Of a stretch of DNA of 64,000 nt, positions 10,466-20,140 are shown in pieces. The translations under genes were made by a program, and so were the position numbers. Every line of letters starts with the position of its first letter. Position 1 is the first letter of the stretch. This DNA is from Candidatus Poribacteria bacterium (GTDB lineage Bacteria; Poribacteria; WGA-4E; WGA-3G): the NCBI GenBank assembly GCA_965197475.1, contig CBDANF010000003.1, forward strand, positions 832,001 to 896,000. Reading direction: 5' to 3'. The notes below the pieces were generated by a model that saw nothing but the letters and a program-made list of their open reading frames with translations, was not told the DNA's origin and made no database searches.

Positions 10466-10957
10466 TTACTGTGCCTCGCCTGCCTCCCGTAACACAAAAT
10501 CAATCAGCGAGTCGCTCATACGCATTCCGTTATTTCGCAATGCCATTAAAAGAGGCTTAATTGCATCAATCAAGCCTTCTTCCTTTGCCTCCAGCAAAAT
10601 ACCCGCCGTTCCCTTCACAATGAGTCCGACTCTTTTAGCCTCCTGCCGTGCCTTCTTCTCATCTATAATCACAAAAGAAGCCTTGTGCTCATTAGCAAGA
10701 GCCAAGACCTCGGCTTCACCGTCATCAAGCCCTTCATAAACCGCTGCGTTTTGCGGATCCGTTAAATCAACAGTTTTAATCCACGGAGCATCATTGAGTG
10801 CTTGTTGACGAACTTCTTTTTTCGTTCGGAGAAATTCCCTTTCAACTTCTCGTGGTATCCATACTTCTGTATAGAGATCCCGAAACAGAGAAAGAAGGTT
10901 TAGTCCCCAGAGCGAAACGAGGGGACTATTATTACTGATGATTGGCTTTACGGGCAT
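10466..10957 (-). CDS. DUF3368-type PIN-domain nuclease (toxin)
   Basis: IISNNSPL, IPREVERE, LDDGEAEVLALA, IIDEKKAR, GTAGILLEAK motifs. Confidence 0.85.
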   Translation of the reverse strand: MPVKPIISNNSPLVSLWGLNLLSLFRDLYTEVWIPREVEREFLRTKKEVRQQALNDAPWIKTVDLTDPQNAAVYEGLDDGEAEVLALANEHKASFVIIDEKKARQEAKRVGLIVKGTAGILLEAKEEGLIDAIKPLLMALRNNGMRMSDSLIDFVLREAGEAQ

Positions 10958-11591
10958 TCTCAAGCTCCTCTTTCAGATCTTCAGCTGTACCAAAAAGAGA
11001 AAGCTCATAATCCCCCATCAGATACCAAAATTTTTCGCGCGACACACCGGCAAGTCGTGCAGCGAGTCCACTGCTCAGTTCTTCATTTTCATAATATTTC
11101 ATCGCCAACGCTATACGCGCATCTTTATCAATTTCAAAAGACTCTGGATTCGAAGCCAGCAGATGTAAGATGTCTTCCGGCAACTTAACCCCTATTTCCT
11201 TCTCAAATGCGGCGATACTTCCGTGTGTGTTATGAAATGCATCGGCAATATCCACACCTTGGAGTATAGCAACAGTGAGGTCTCTTTTCGCTTCTTCCCA
11301 CTGTTTTGCGCGCAAGTATGCCTCACCCCGTGTATAATAGGATTCGGCAAACTTTGGCTTCAGGACAAGCATTTGGGTGTAGTCTGCAATAGCCTTGTTC
11401 AACTCGCCTTTGTCACGATACACATTACCGCGATAGTGGTGTGCATCGGCATAATCGGGGTTGAGTTTTATGGCTTTGGTATAATCAGCGATAGCAAGTT
11501 CCAACTCACCTTTTTTGCTGTGAGTTAACCCGCGATTGAAATACGTCTTGGCGAGTTTTTGATTGTGTTCTCTTGTCATTTTCTTCTCCAC
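10932..11591 (-). CDS. TPR repeats fused to a UPF0175-like antitoxin
   Basis: Three TPRs (YFNRG...AIADYTKAIKLNP); C-terminal ALAMKYYENEELSSGLAARLAGVSREKF; overlaps the PIN gene. Confidence 0.8.
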   Translation of the reverse strand: MEKKMTREHNQKLAKTYFNRGLTHSKKGELELAIADYTKAIKLNPDYADAHHYRGNVYRDKGELNKAIADYTQMLVLKPKFAESYYTRGEAYLRAKQWEEAKRDLTVAILQGVDIADAFHNTHGSIAAFEKEIGVKLPEDILHLLASNPESFEIDKDARIALAMKYYENEELSSGLAARLAGVSREKFWYLMGDYELSLFGTAEDLKEELENARKANHQ

Positions 11592-11613
11592 GATGTGGAT
11601 GACTTAAGGGTAA

Positions 11614-11836
11614 TCATAGCATGTCCGGTGAACAGATTTCAACCGATTTATTGGTATGAAGGGCGAGATACTCGCTTACTTCAAAATTCATTCGATCAAT
11701 CTCAGCAAAAAAGCCGCCCGCGGATAACTCATAATTCTTAGGATTGGTTTCGACTTGCGTAAGTTTTTCGACTTGTTTTTCAAAGCGTTTAATGCGATCC
11801 AGCGTTGCCTCAAACTCTTGATTGTTCCGAATCATT
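11614..11836 (-). CDS. Small hypothetical protein
   Basis: MIRNNQEFEATLDRIKRFEKQV... helical ORF. Confidence 0.45.
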
Positions 11837-12157
11837 GTGACCCACCTCAATTCTACCGTATTTGATGCTTGCATTGTGTATTGCTTGGAATTTATATAGT
11901 TTCCGGATCCTCTACTTGATCAAGTGTTTCAGAAAGTGGGCCAACACGCATTTTGAGTTTCTTCGCTAATCCTTTATCACCCCGGATTAAGTTAATAACT
12001 ATGCTTTCATAATCTGTTTTGTTTTGACATTTGAGAGATTTAGCGATTGTTTCAAGAGCACAACTATCATCCACTGGATAACGAGCTACCAGCTTGTCAA
12101 GGTTCCCATCTTCAATAAGTTTATTGAAACGATTAAGTTCATCAGTGAAAGGTGAAT

Positions 12158-12905
12158 TATAGTAAAACCTGTAATTACTTATACACTTTTATAATATCAT
12201 CAATAGAGGTCTCAGCGTTGTATTGACGTATTCGCTTGATGTTAGCGAAATCTTTCTCAATCGGATTCAACTCCGGTGAATACGGCGGTAAAAACAACAA
12301 ACTCGCACCGCATTCCCGGATCAATGCTTCTGTTTGTGAACCTTTGTGGAAAGAGGCATTATCCATAATCACAACGTGGCTGTCGTCAAGCAAAGGACAT
12401 AACATCTCCGAAAGCCATGCGTTGAAGGCAACCGCATCGCAACTACCTTCGAAAAGCACAGGCACTGTGAAACATCCATCAAGACGTGCCGCAATCAAGG
12501 TTGTGGTGGTATACCGATGACTTGGCACTTTATCTTCAACACGGACACCTTTCGGGCATAAGCATACCGACGGAAATCGGTTTCGGTGAAACCACTTTCG
12601 TCAAGATAAACCGGTTTTTTGCCATGCTCGTGTGTCTCTTGTTGAAGTGCCGAGAGATACTCTTGGCGTTTTACCGGACACTGTTCTTTGTAGGTCGTGG
12701 TCTTTTTTTTCGCGTGATATTGAGTTTTGCCAAGGCATAAAAGATGCCGTTTGTTGAAACACCGAAGTGTTTGGCACGTTCGGCGAGTGTGCTATCGGGA
12801 AAATCGGCAACATGTTGTTGAAGCGCATCATAATCAATGTGTCGGGGCCCTTTGGGACCCGGCTTCTCATAGGCAAAGGGGTCTTCTGCTTCTAATACCA
12901 TATCT
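12158..12905 (-). mobile_element. IS630-family element, 5'-truncated
   Basis: HTH part (TLAERAKHFGVS..ITRKK), A-run frameshift site near 12703-12710, DDE part VIMDNASFH...LPPYSPELNPIE; end tatagtaaaacctgtaatta. Confidence 0.85.
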
Positions 12906-12970
12906 AATTGACAATATAACATAAAGCGTATATATTCTATTGCAACCTTTTGAAATAAAGTGAGGAAGCA

Positions 12971-13189
12971 ATGAATAAAAAAGTTCCCAAAATTACCGAG
13001 AGTGTTGAAGAAATCAAATCCCTTATGAAGTGCTCTGCCCAAAGCTATCAAAAGCAAAGGCTCTTCATGTTGTATCATTTACAAAGTGGTCAAGCAAAAA
13101 ATCGTAAGCAAGTTGCCGATTTGTTAGGTGTGCATCGCACGACGATTGGAAACTGGTTGTCGTCATACGAAACAGGTGGTCTTGAAATA
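12971..13189 (+). pseudogene. N-terminal HTH fragment of a second IS630-family transposase, cut by the DUF1670 element
   Basis: QVADLLGVHRTTIGNWLSSYETGGLE ends exactly at the 13190 TIR. Confidence 0.8.
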
Positions 13190-13202
13190 GTATCAAATGA
13201 CC

Positions 13203-13417
13203 ATAGGATAGCTGGAAGGCTGATGTTCATTGGCTTCCCAGCGATCGTTGATGAGTGGGTTGCGTTGGGATCGCGAGCATCCTCTTTGAGAAATGATGCG
13301 TTTAGCGATAAACGTGTCTAAAGTATAGCAAAACCGGTAGCGGTTGTCAACCATATTTTCAAGGCACCTGCCCCGGTTTTGCGAAGTAAAGTTCGTCGGG
13401 AACATAGGATTAGGGTC
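13203..13417 (+). ncRNA. Candidate structured non-coding RNA (or ssDNA structure) inside the DUF1670 element
   Basis: Five consecutive hairpins, G-U pairs that work only on the + strand, GCGA tetraloop at 13305-13308; expression not shown. Confidence 0.4.
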
Positions 13418-14302
13418 TCATTGGGCTTCTCCTTGGTGAGTGGCTTCATCGTTTGAGTCTGAATTGGCAAGGTTTGCATCTATGGCTTGGAGTTGGGGCT
13501 GCGGAATCAGGTCCAGATATTGAGTGATAACGCGTTTAGAAAGTCGGGTGATCTGTGAGATTTTATCAATATCTGTGGTAGCGGTGCGAACGACTTTGAC
13601 GCTCTCATAATCGCGAATGTATCTATCAACTGCCTCCTTAGAGTGTTTGGTCTTTGCGGCAATCCTGGGGGTGAGATGTCCTTGAAGATAGAGGGTTATG
13701 ATCTCTTTCTTATGGGTAATAGCCCCCGATAAGTCATGGATATTGCCACGGGTGGGCAAGAGTTCTCCAGTGGTTTTTTGCCATTCATTAACATAATCAC
13801 AGACAACGGCATCGCAGACATTGAGCAAAACTGCCAAGTCGAGTTGTGTCAATAATGCCCCTTGGTCATAAGCTTGATGACACCAGCGGACCAAGCGATT
13901 GATCCGCAATTGCCGGGAGGTGAAACCGTTTCTAAAAGATTCAATATCCTCTGCGGCGAGGTAGGTCAGGATGATGGGTTTCATCCGAGTTTTGACGATG
14001 GACTTTCCTCTTTCTGGATGTTCATCAATAGGGACGGCCATCCAAACGAGTTGTCCATAACTTAGGAAACGCTCATCTGGGAGTTGATCACCGGTGGCGA
14101 GTTTTTCCAAGGGGAGGGTAATTACGAAATAGTCTTCAACGGTCTTGAGAATATCATCAACAATGGCGGTGGCAGTGACTTCGCCTTTGTCATACCCGTA
14201 GTCATTGAGAAAGCGATGGATAAGCAACTGTCGTAGGGATTTATCGTTGATGCGTCTGAATTTCTTCTCGTTGATTTGCGTGCGTGTTAGAGGTTTGCTC
14301 AT
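13418..14302 (-). CDS. DUF1670-like HTH protein B
   Basis: QAYDQGALLTQLDLAVLL, PTRGNIHDL..ITHKKEII, HSKEAVDRYIRDY; ATGA overlap with protein A. Confidence 0.8.
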   Translation of the reverse strand: MSKPLTRTQINEKKFRRINDKSLRQLLIHRFLNDYGYDKGEVTATAIVDDILKTVEDYFVITLPLEKLATGDQLPDERFLSYGQLVWMAVPIDEHPERGKSIVKTRMKPIILTYLAAEDIESFRNGFTSRQLRINRLVRWCHQAYDQGALLTQLDLAVLLNVCDAVVCDYVNEWQKTTGELLPTRGNIHDLSGAITHKKEIITLYLQGHLTPRIAAKTKHSKEAVDRYIRDYESVKVVRTATTDIDKISQITRLSKRVITQYLDLIPQPQLQAIDANLANSDSNDEATHQGEAQ

Positions 14303-15099
14303 GAGAGATCCTCCTTTTTTGTGTCCTCTGGTTCTGGGTGAAGGAGTTGGGTCATGCGATCGGTGTGTTGATATTCCTTGAACAGCGAGAGATACTCGCG
14401 TATCAACCGGTCAGAGAGATGAGAAATCAGGCGTATCTGAGCGTTAGGGAACCCTTGATGATGGAGCGTGGCAACTTGTGTGAAGTCCCTCAAGTAGCGG
14501 TAGACAGCCCGTTCGGAGTGGTTCGTCTTTTGCTCAATCTCGGTGAAGGTGTATGCTTTGAAGTACAGCTCGAGAATCTGCGTCTTATGAGACAGTCCCG
14601 GGCCCATGTCGTGTTTCGCCCCGCGCGTCATCACGAAATAGCCGGACTGCTTCAACGCTCGGATGTCGCGTTTGACGGTGGCAGGACTGGTGGTTAATAA
14701 CACCGCCAAATCCTCATAACTCAGCAAGGCTTCTTGGTCATAAGCTTCTTGGGTCAATCGGAGGATCCGATGCCGTCTGAGTCCTGCGAGCCCATAAGTC
14801 GCTAAAACTTCAAGGTCGGCTTCAACATCGTTGAGTTTGAGTCGACAGGAGACTTTTTTCGCTAAAGCGATGTGTTTGCCTGCGGGTTCCTCAGCGGCGA
14901 CTGCCTCGTAGCAGATTTGCCCTGATGTGAGTTGCACATCGGCATGTTGTTCAAAGTAGGTAGAAATCTGTTTATAGTAGGCTTCAGCAACGAGAGGCAT
15001 GAGATTAAAGTCTGCTGAAATCTTCTGAATAATCGCGGCTCTGGCATTCTTGGATTCGAGCCGAGTGATACCGTAAGCGGTATCCTTCTTGCGGTTCAT
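14299..15099 (-). CDS. DUF1670-like HTH protein A
   Basis: EAYDQEALLSYEDLAVLL, MTRGAKHDMGPGLSHK, HSERAVYRYLRDF; GGAGG RBS at 15105-15109 favours the ATG at 15099. Confidence 0.8.
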   Translation of the reverse strand: MNRKKDTAYGITRLESKNARAAIIQKISADFNLMPLVAEAYYKQISTYFEQHADVQLTSGQICYEAVAAEEPAGKHIALAKKVSCRLKLNDVEADLEVLATYGLAGLRRHRILRLTQEAYDQEALLSYEDLAVLLTTSPATVKRDIRALKQSGYFVMTRGAKHDMGPGLSHKTQILELYFKAYTFTEIEQKTNHSERAVYRYLRDFTQVATLHHQGFPNAQIRLISHLSDRLIREYLSLFKEYQHTDRMTQLLHPEPEDTKKEDLS

Positions 15100-15166
15100 A
15101 TTGACCTCCATGAATAGATTATCGGGGATCCGAGGACATCTACTCGTTAGTTTAACGAATACTAAT

Positions 15167-15195
15167 AGTATAACTCATGGGGTCATTTGATACAA
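15167..15195 (-). promoter_or_regulatory. Putative sigma70 promoter straddling the element end
   Basis: TTGTAT-N17-TATACT; the TT of the -35 lies outside the TIR. Confidence 0.45.
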
Positions 15196-15347
15196 ACTAT
15201 AAGTAAAGAAATAAGTTGAGTTGGGTTTCGCTGTGCTCTACCCCGCCAAATGCCATAGGCGTATTTGGCGTTGATTCCCTACACTTGATTTCTTATTTCG
15301 AACTCACGTTTACTATAGTTTGGACAATTTCATCCTATCAGGACTTC

Positions 15348-16332
15348 GGACCAGGTGTTAAATATGGTTTGTAAGCACACTTGAGACAGCTGCTGGTGTC
15401 TATCAAAAAATCATGGCAACACTTTATGATGTCTATTTCCCATGCGTAGAAGCACTGCGTCCGGGGCCAAAAAGTCGTTGTCCTGATAGTGAAATTCTCA
15501 CATTTGTTTGGGCTTCTTGAACTGACAGGAAGATAACGAACTCACAGGATACAACCTTATCAAGCACAACTCGGACATCTTTTCCCATATTTACCGGAAC
15601 GCTCTCGCTTCAATCGAAGTATGCGAAACCTGTGCCACGCAAGCGAAAACTCCGGAGGATTTTGACACAGTTCTTACCAGATGATAGGGTTTTCATTGTA
15701 GATAGTTTTCCTATCCCGGTTTGCGATTTCAAGCGTGCTGCGACTTCTACATCGTCTCTAAAATGTGCTGATGGCACCGGCACCTCGGCAACTTATGGAA
15801 AGTGTGCCACAAAAAGGCTTGACACTTTCTTAAGGTTTCGTGGTAGTCTGATAACCACCGTTTACGAACTATCTGTTGATTTGTGGTCGCCACTGCGGAT
15901 ACAGATGATCAAGAAATGCTCAGCTTACTATGTGAACGCGGCACTTGTCCTATTATCCTTGGAGATAAAGGATATTTCCGAGTAACTTGAGACTGATTTA
16001 CTTGAAACAGACAATGTGCGTCTTTTACCGACGCGGTGTCCAAATCAGAAAACACAATACCCAAAGCCGTTTCGGAAGTTGCACGGTAAAACGGTGGCGG
16101 ATTGAGACGACTATCAGTCAACTCACAAATCAGTTTAATGTTTCACAAATACGCGCCCGCGCTCATTGAAGTTTTCAAACACGGTTGAGCAATAAGTTGA
16201 TGGTTGGACATTAGGTGTTTTTTGAATCAATATTTAGGATGCCCGTTAATGGCACTCAAAGATGTCGTTTATACATAAACAATTTCAAAAAAGATAGAAA
16301 CATATTACAAAAAGTTAACTAACACAAGGCGT
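15348..16332 (+). mobile_element. Degenerate IS982-family element
   Basis: Fragments LPERSRFNR, IVDSFPIPVC, RWRIETTISQL broken by stops and frameshifts; right end acaaggcgt; left boundary approximate. Confidence 0.7.
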
Positions 16333-16351
16333 TATTTCTCAGGAGGTATTC

Positions 16352-18099
16352 ATGAATAATCCAAAATCTGGCTCAAAAAACCCTAAAAGCAAAACAAACA
16401 CAAAAGAAAACGGCAATAACATATCTGATACAAACTTTATCCGACAAGCAATTGAAGAAGATATAGCATCAAATAGATTTGATGGGAGGGTGCATACCCG
16501 ATTTCCTCCCGAACCGAGTGGATACCTCCATATCGGTCACGCCAAAGCCATCTGTATTAGTTTCGGCATCGCCGAAGACTATGGCGGACTTTACAACCTC
16601 CGATTCGACGACAGTAATCCGATCACAGAAGAGAGTGAATACGTAGAAGCGATTAAACGGGATGTCCGTTGGCTCGGATTTAATTGGGAGGAACGCGAAT
16701 TCCATGCCTCTGACTATTTCGAAACACTTTATGAATATGCTGTCAAACTGATAGAGAAAGGGAAAGCTTACGTCTGTGATCTGACACCAGAGGAAACGCG
16801 CACTTATCGTGGCACTTTAGTGACAGCCGGCAAAGATAGTCCCTACCGAAACCGTTCTATTGAAGAAAATCTAACGTTGTTCCGTGGGATGTGCGATGGT
16901 AAATTTTCCGACGGTTCTCGTACTCTCCGCGCCAAAATTGATATGGCAAGTCCGAATTTAAATATGCGCGACCCTGTGATGTATCGTGTTCTCCACACCC
17001 CACACTATCGACATGGGACCAATTGGTGCATCTATCCTACCTACGATTTCACACATGGACAATCCGATTCGATCGAAGGCGTTACACATTCCTTATGTGA
17101 CGTTCAGTTTGAAGATCATCGTCCGTTATATGACTGGTTTTTGGAATCGTTGGAAATTTACTCACCTCGACAGATTGAATTTGCTCGACTGAACCTTACC
17201 TACACTATACTATACTTGGTAAGCGGAAACTCAAAATCCTCGTTGAACAAGGACACGTCAAAGGGTGGGACGATCCGAGACTACCCACACTTGCGGGTAT
17301 GCGTCGTCGCGGTTATACTCCAGAATCTATCCGGGATTTCTGCAATCGCATCGGTGTGTCAAAAGCCGACAATCTTATTGAGATAGGACAATTGGAATAC
17401 TCTATCCGAAATGATCTGAACCGTCGCGCGTCTCGTGTGATGGGTGTCCTTAATCCGATTAAGGTTATTATTGATAACTATCCGGAAGGACAAGTTGAAA
17501 TGCTTGATGCCGATAATAATCCGGAAGATGAAAATGCAGGTACAAGAGAAATTCCATTTTCTCGAGAAATCTACATTGAACGTGAAGATTTTATGGAAGA
17601 CCCGCCGCGAAAATTTTATAGATTTGCTCCCGGACGAGAGGTTCGGCTTAAACATGCATACTATATCACCTGCGACCACGTTGTTAAAGATGAAAACACT
17701 GGTGAAATCGTTGATATCCACTGCACTTATGATCCAAAAACTCGTGGTGGTTGGTCTGATGATGAACGGAGGGTACAAGGCACACTGCACTGGGTTTCTG
17801 CTGAACATGCTGTTGATGCTGAGGTGCGCCTATACGGTTCGCTCTTTACAGAGCGCGAACCGGAAAACGTAGCGGATGGCACCGATTGGATACAATTCCT
17901 CAATCCGAATTCTTTAGAGATTCTAAATAATTGCAAGGTTGAACCGAGTCTTGTTGAGGCAATGCCTGAAAGTCGATATCAGTTCCTACGGATGGGATAT
18001 TTTTGCGTTGATCCAGACACAACACCAGAAAAATCGGTATTCAATCGTACAGTACCGCTGCGGGATAGCTGGGCAAAAATTCAGAAAGGACAGAAATGA
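16352..18099 (+). pseudogene. glnS: Glutamine--tRNA ligase, frameshifted by a 5-bp duplication at 17205-17214
   Basis: [45 protein letters not shown]; two overlapping ORFs. Confidence 0.85.
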
Positions 18100-19592
18100 A
18101 CAAAATACCTATTCCAAATGATCAAGTCAGGGTTCGTATGGCACCCTCTCCAACCGGTTTCTTACATATCGGTGGTGCGAGGACAGCACTATTCAATTGG
18201 GTGTTCGCCAAACACCACAACGGCAAATTCATCTTACGGATTGATGATACAGATAAGGCGCGTTCCACAGACGAATCTATGCATGAAATCTATACGGCAA
18301 TGAAGTGGTTAGGTCTTGAGTGGGACGAAGGCGGTGATAAAGGTGGAACCTACGGACCTTACGTGCAATCCGAACGGAAAGCCATCTACGAAAAATACGT
18401 TACGCAGCTGCTTGAAAACAGCAATGCATACCACTGCTATTGTACCCCCGAAGAATTAGAAGACATCCGCACAGAAGCGCGCACCGCGAAATCTACACGA
18501 TCCTACGACGGACGGTGCAAACACCTTACATCAGAAAACATTGAACGTTATATGGCAGAAGGCAGAAAACCGACCGTCCGTATAAAAATGCCTGACGCAC
18601 CAATCCGTGTTGACGACCTTATTCTCGGTTCACGCGACATTGATCCCGCCACCTTAGAGGATGAAGTGATTGTCCGTTCAAACGGCATGCCGAATTACAA
18701 TCTCACCTCTATTATAGACGATGTAGAAATGCAAATTACGCATGTAATCAGAGGAACAGAACACCTCAACAACACACCGAAACAGATTGCAATTGCGAAT
18801 GCACTCGGTTTGAATCTGCCACAATTCGCACATATTCCGCTGGTGCTTGATGATACCGGTAGAAAACTGAGTAAACGTCATCACGGTGACCTTGTCGCTG
18901 TCAACCGATACCGTGAGCAAGGGTATCTACCCGAAGCGATGCTGAACTTCGTTGCAAGACTCGGTTGGTCTTACGACGATAAACAGGAAATCTTCTCTGT
19001 TGATGAACTTATAGATAAATTTGACCTCGCACGGGTTGGCAAAAGCGGTAGTGTGTTTGATATTAAGAAGTTGGAGTGGCTCAACTCCCACTATATTAAC
19101 CAACTTGATGTGGCAGCACGGACAGACGCGGTGATACCTTTCTGGGAACAAGAAGGTTTAGTGGATTCCACGTCAAAGCGAGACTGGCTTGAGAAGATTG
19201 TGGAAGCCGTGGGTGAACGTCTTACAACGTTTCAAGACATCGTTCCACAAACTCGTTATTTCTTTACCGATGATTTTGAGTATGAGTCGAAAGCGGTCAA
19301 GAAATGGTGGGGAGGTTCAGACGAAAAGAAGCAAAAAACTTGTGAGATTCTGACAAATCTCGGACAGATTTTGGAAGAAGTTTCTGCGTTTGATCTCGAA
19401 ACGGTAGAAACTGCTATTTGGAAATACACAGATGAAAACGACATCAAACGCGTCGCTGCAATGCAGGCAATGCGGATTGCGCTGACGGGAACATCGTTCG
19501 GTCCAAGCCTTTTTGATATTGTTATCCTGCTCGGCAAAGACGAGGTTTTGAAGCGAATTCAAAAGGCGATAGCGGATTTAACACAAAAATAA
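18096..19592 (+). CDS. gltX: Glutamate--tRNA ligase
   Basis: [26 protein letters not shown]. Confidence 0.95.
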   Translation: MNKIPIPNDQVRVRMAPSPTGFLHIGGARTALFNWVFAKHHNGKFILRIDDTDKARSTDESMHEIYTAMKWLGLEWDEGGDKGGTYGPYVQSERKAIYEKYVTQLLENSNAYHCYCTPEELEDIRTEARTAKSTRSYDGRCKHLTSENIERYMAEGRKPTVRIKMPDAPIRVDDLILGSRDIDPATLEDEVIVRSNGMPNYNLTSIIDDVEMQITHVIRGTEHLNNTPKQIAIANALGLNLPQFAHIPLVLDDTGRKLSKRHHGDLVAVNRYREQGYLPEAMLNFVARLGWSYDDKQEIFSVDELIDKFDLARVGKSGSVFDIKKLEWLNSHYINQLDVAARTDAVIPFWEQEGLVDSTSKRDWLEKIVEAVGERLTTFQDIVPQTRYFFTDDFEYESKAVKKWWGGSDEKKQKTCEILTNLGQILEEVSAFDLETVETAIWKYTDENDIKRVAAMQAMRIALTGTSFGPSLFDIVILLGKDEVLKRIQKAIADLTQK

Positions 19593-19612
19593 ACAGCGGA
19601 GAAAGAGGATTC

Positions 19613-20140
19613 ATGCCAACTCTCAATTGGATAGGAAAAGAAGCTGTCATCAATCACCACGATGAGGTGCCAATACACACTCTCACACTTGACCGTGACC
19701 GATCCTTCGGATACGATAATGAACCGCTTGGCACTGGCAATCTCCTCATTGAAGGTGACAATCTTACCGCGCTCAAGGCACTCCTACCCTACTACGCTGG
19801 CAAAGTCAAATGCATTTTCATTGATCCTCCCTATAATACTGGCAACGAAAGTTGGGTTTACAACGATAACGTTAACAACCCAACCATCCAGAAATGGCTT
19901 GGAAAAACTGTCGGCTCGCTGGCAGCAGATCTTTCTCGCCACGACAAATGGCTCTGCATGATGTATCCACGCCTCTGCTTACTTCATCAATTCCTCCGAA
20001 AAGATGGTGTGATCTTCATCACGCTTGACGATAACGAACAACCGAACCTACGTTTACTAATGAACGAAATTTTTGGTGAAACCAACTTTGTAGCCAATCT
20101 GATCTGGAGAAAAAAAATCGGGAGGCGGTCAAGACTCCGA
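19613..20140 (+). pseudogene. Type III R-M Mod methyltransferase, N-terminal fragment truncated by an IS
   Basis: MPTLNWIGK, EGDNL.ALK, IDPPYNTG, HDKWLCMMYPRL; extra A in the run near 20110; C-terminus and res gene absent. Confidence 0.85.

Larger units (their letters stand above)
13190..15193 (-). mobile_element. Putative novel TIR-bounded element encoding two DUF1670-like paralogs
   Basis: Perfect 13-bp IR gtatcaaatgacc (13190-13202) / ggtcatttgatac (15181-15193); truncates unrelated sequences on both sides. Confidence 0.7.

Noticed and set aside
13193-13405. 70-aa minus-strand ORF as a third gene of the DUF1670 element
   Set aside because: No clear RBS or motif, and it runs into the IR; the region is better explained as structured non-coding sequence, though coding is not excluded.
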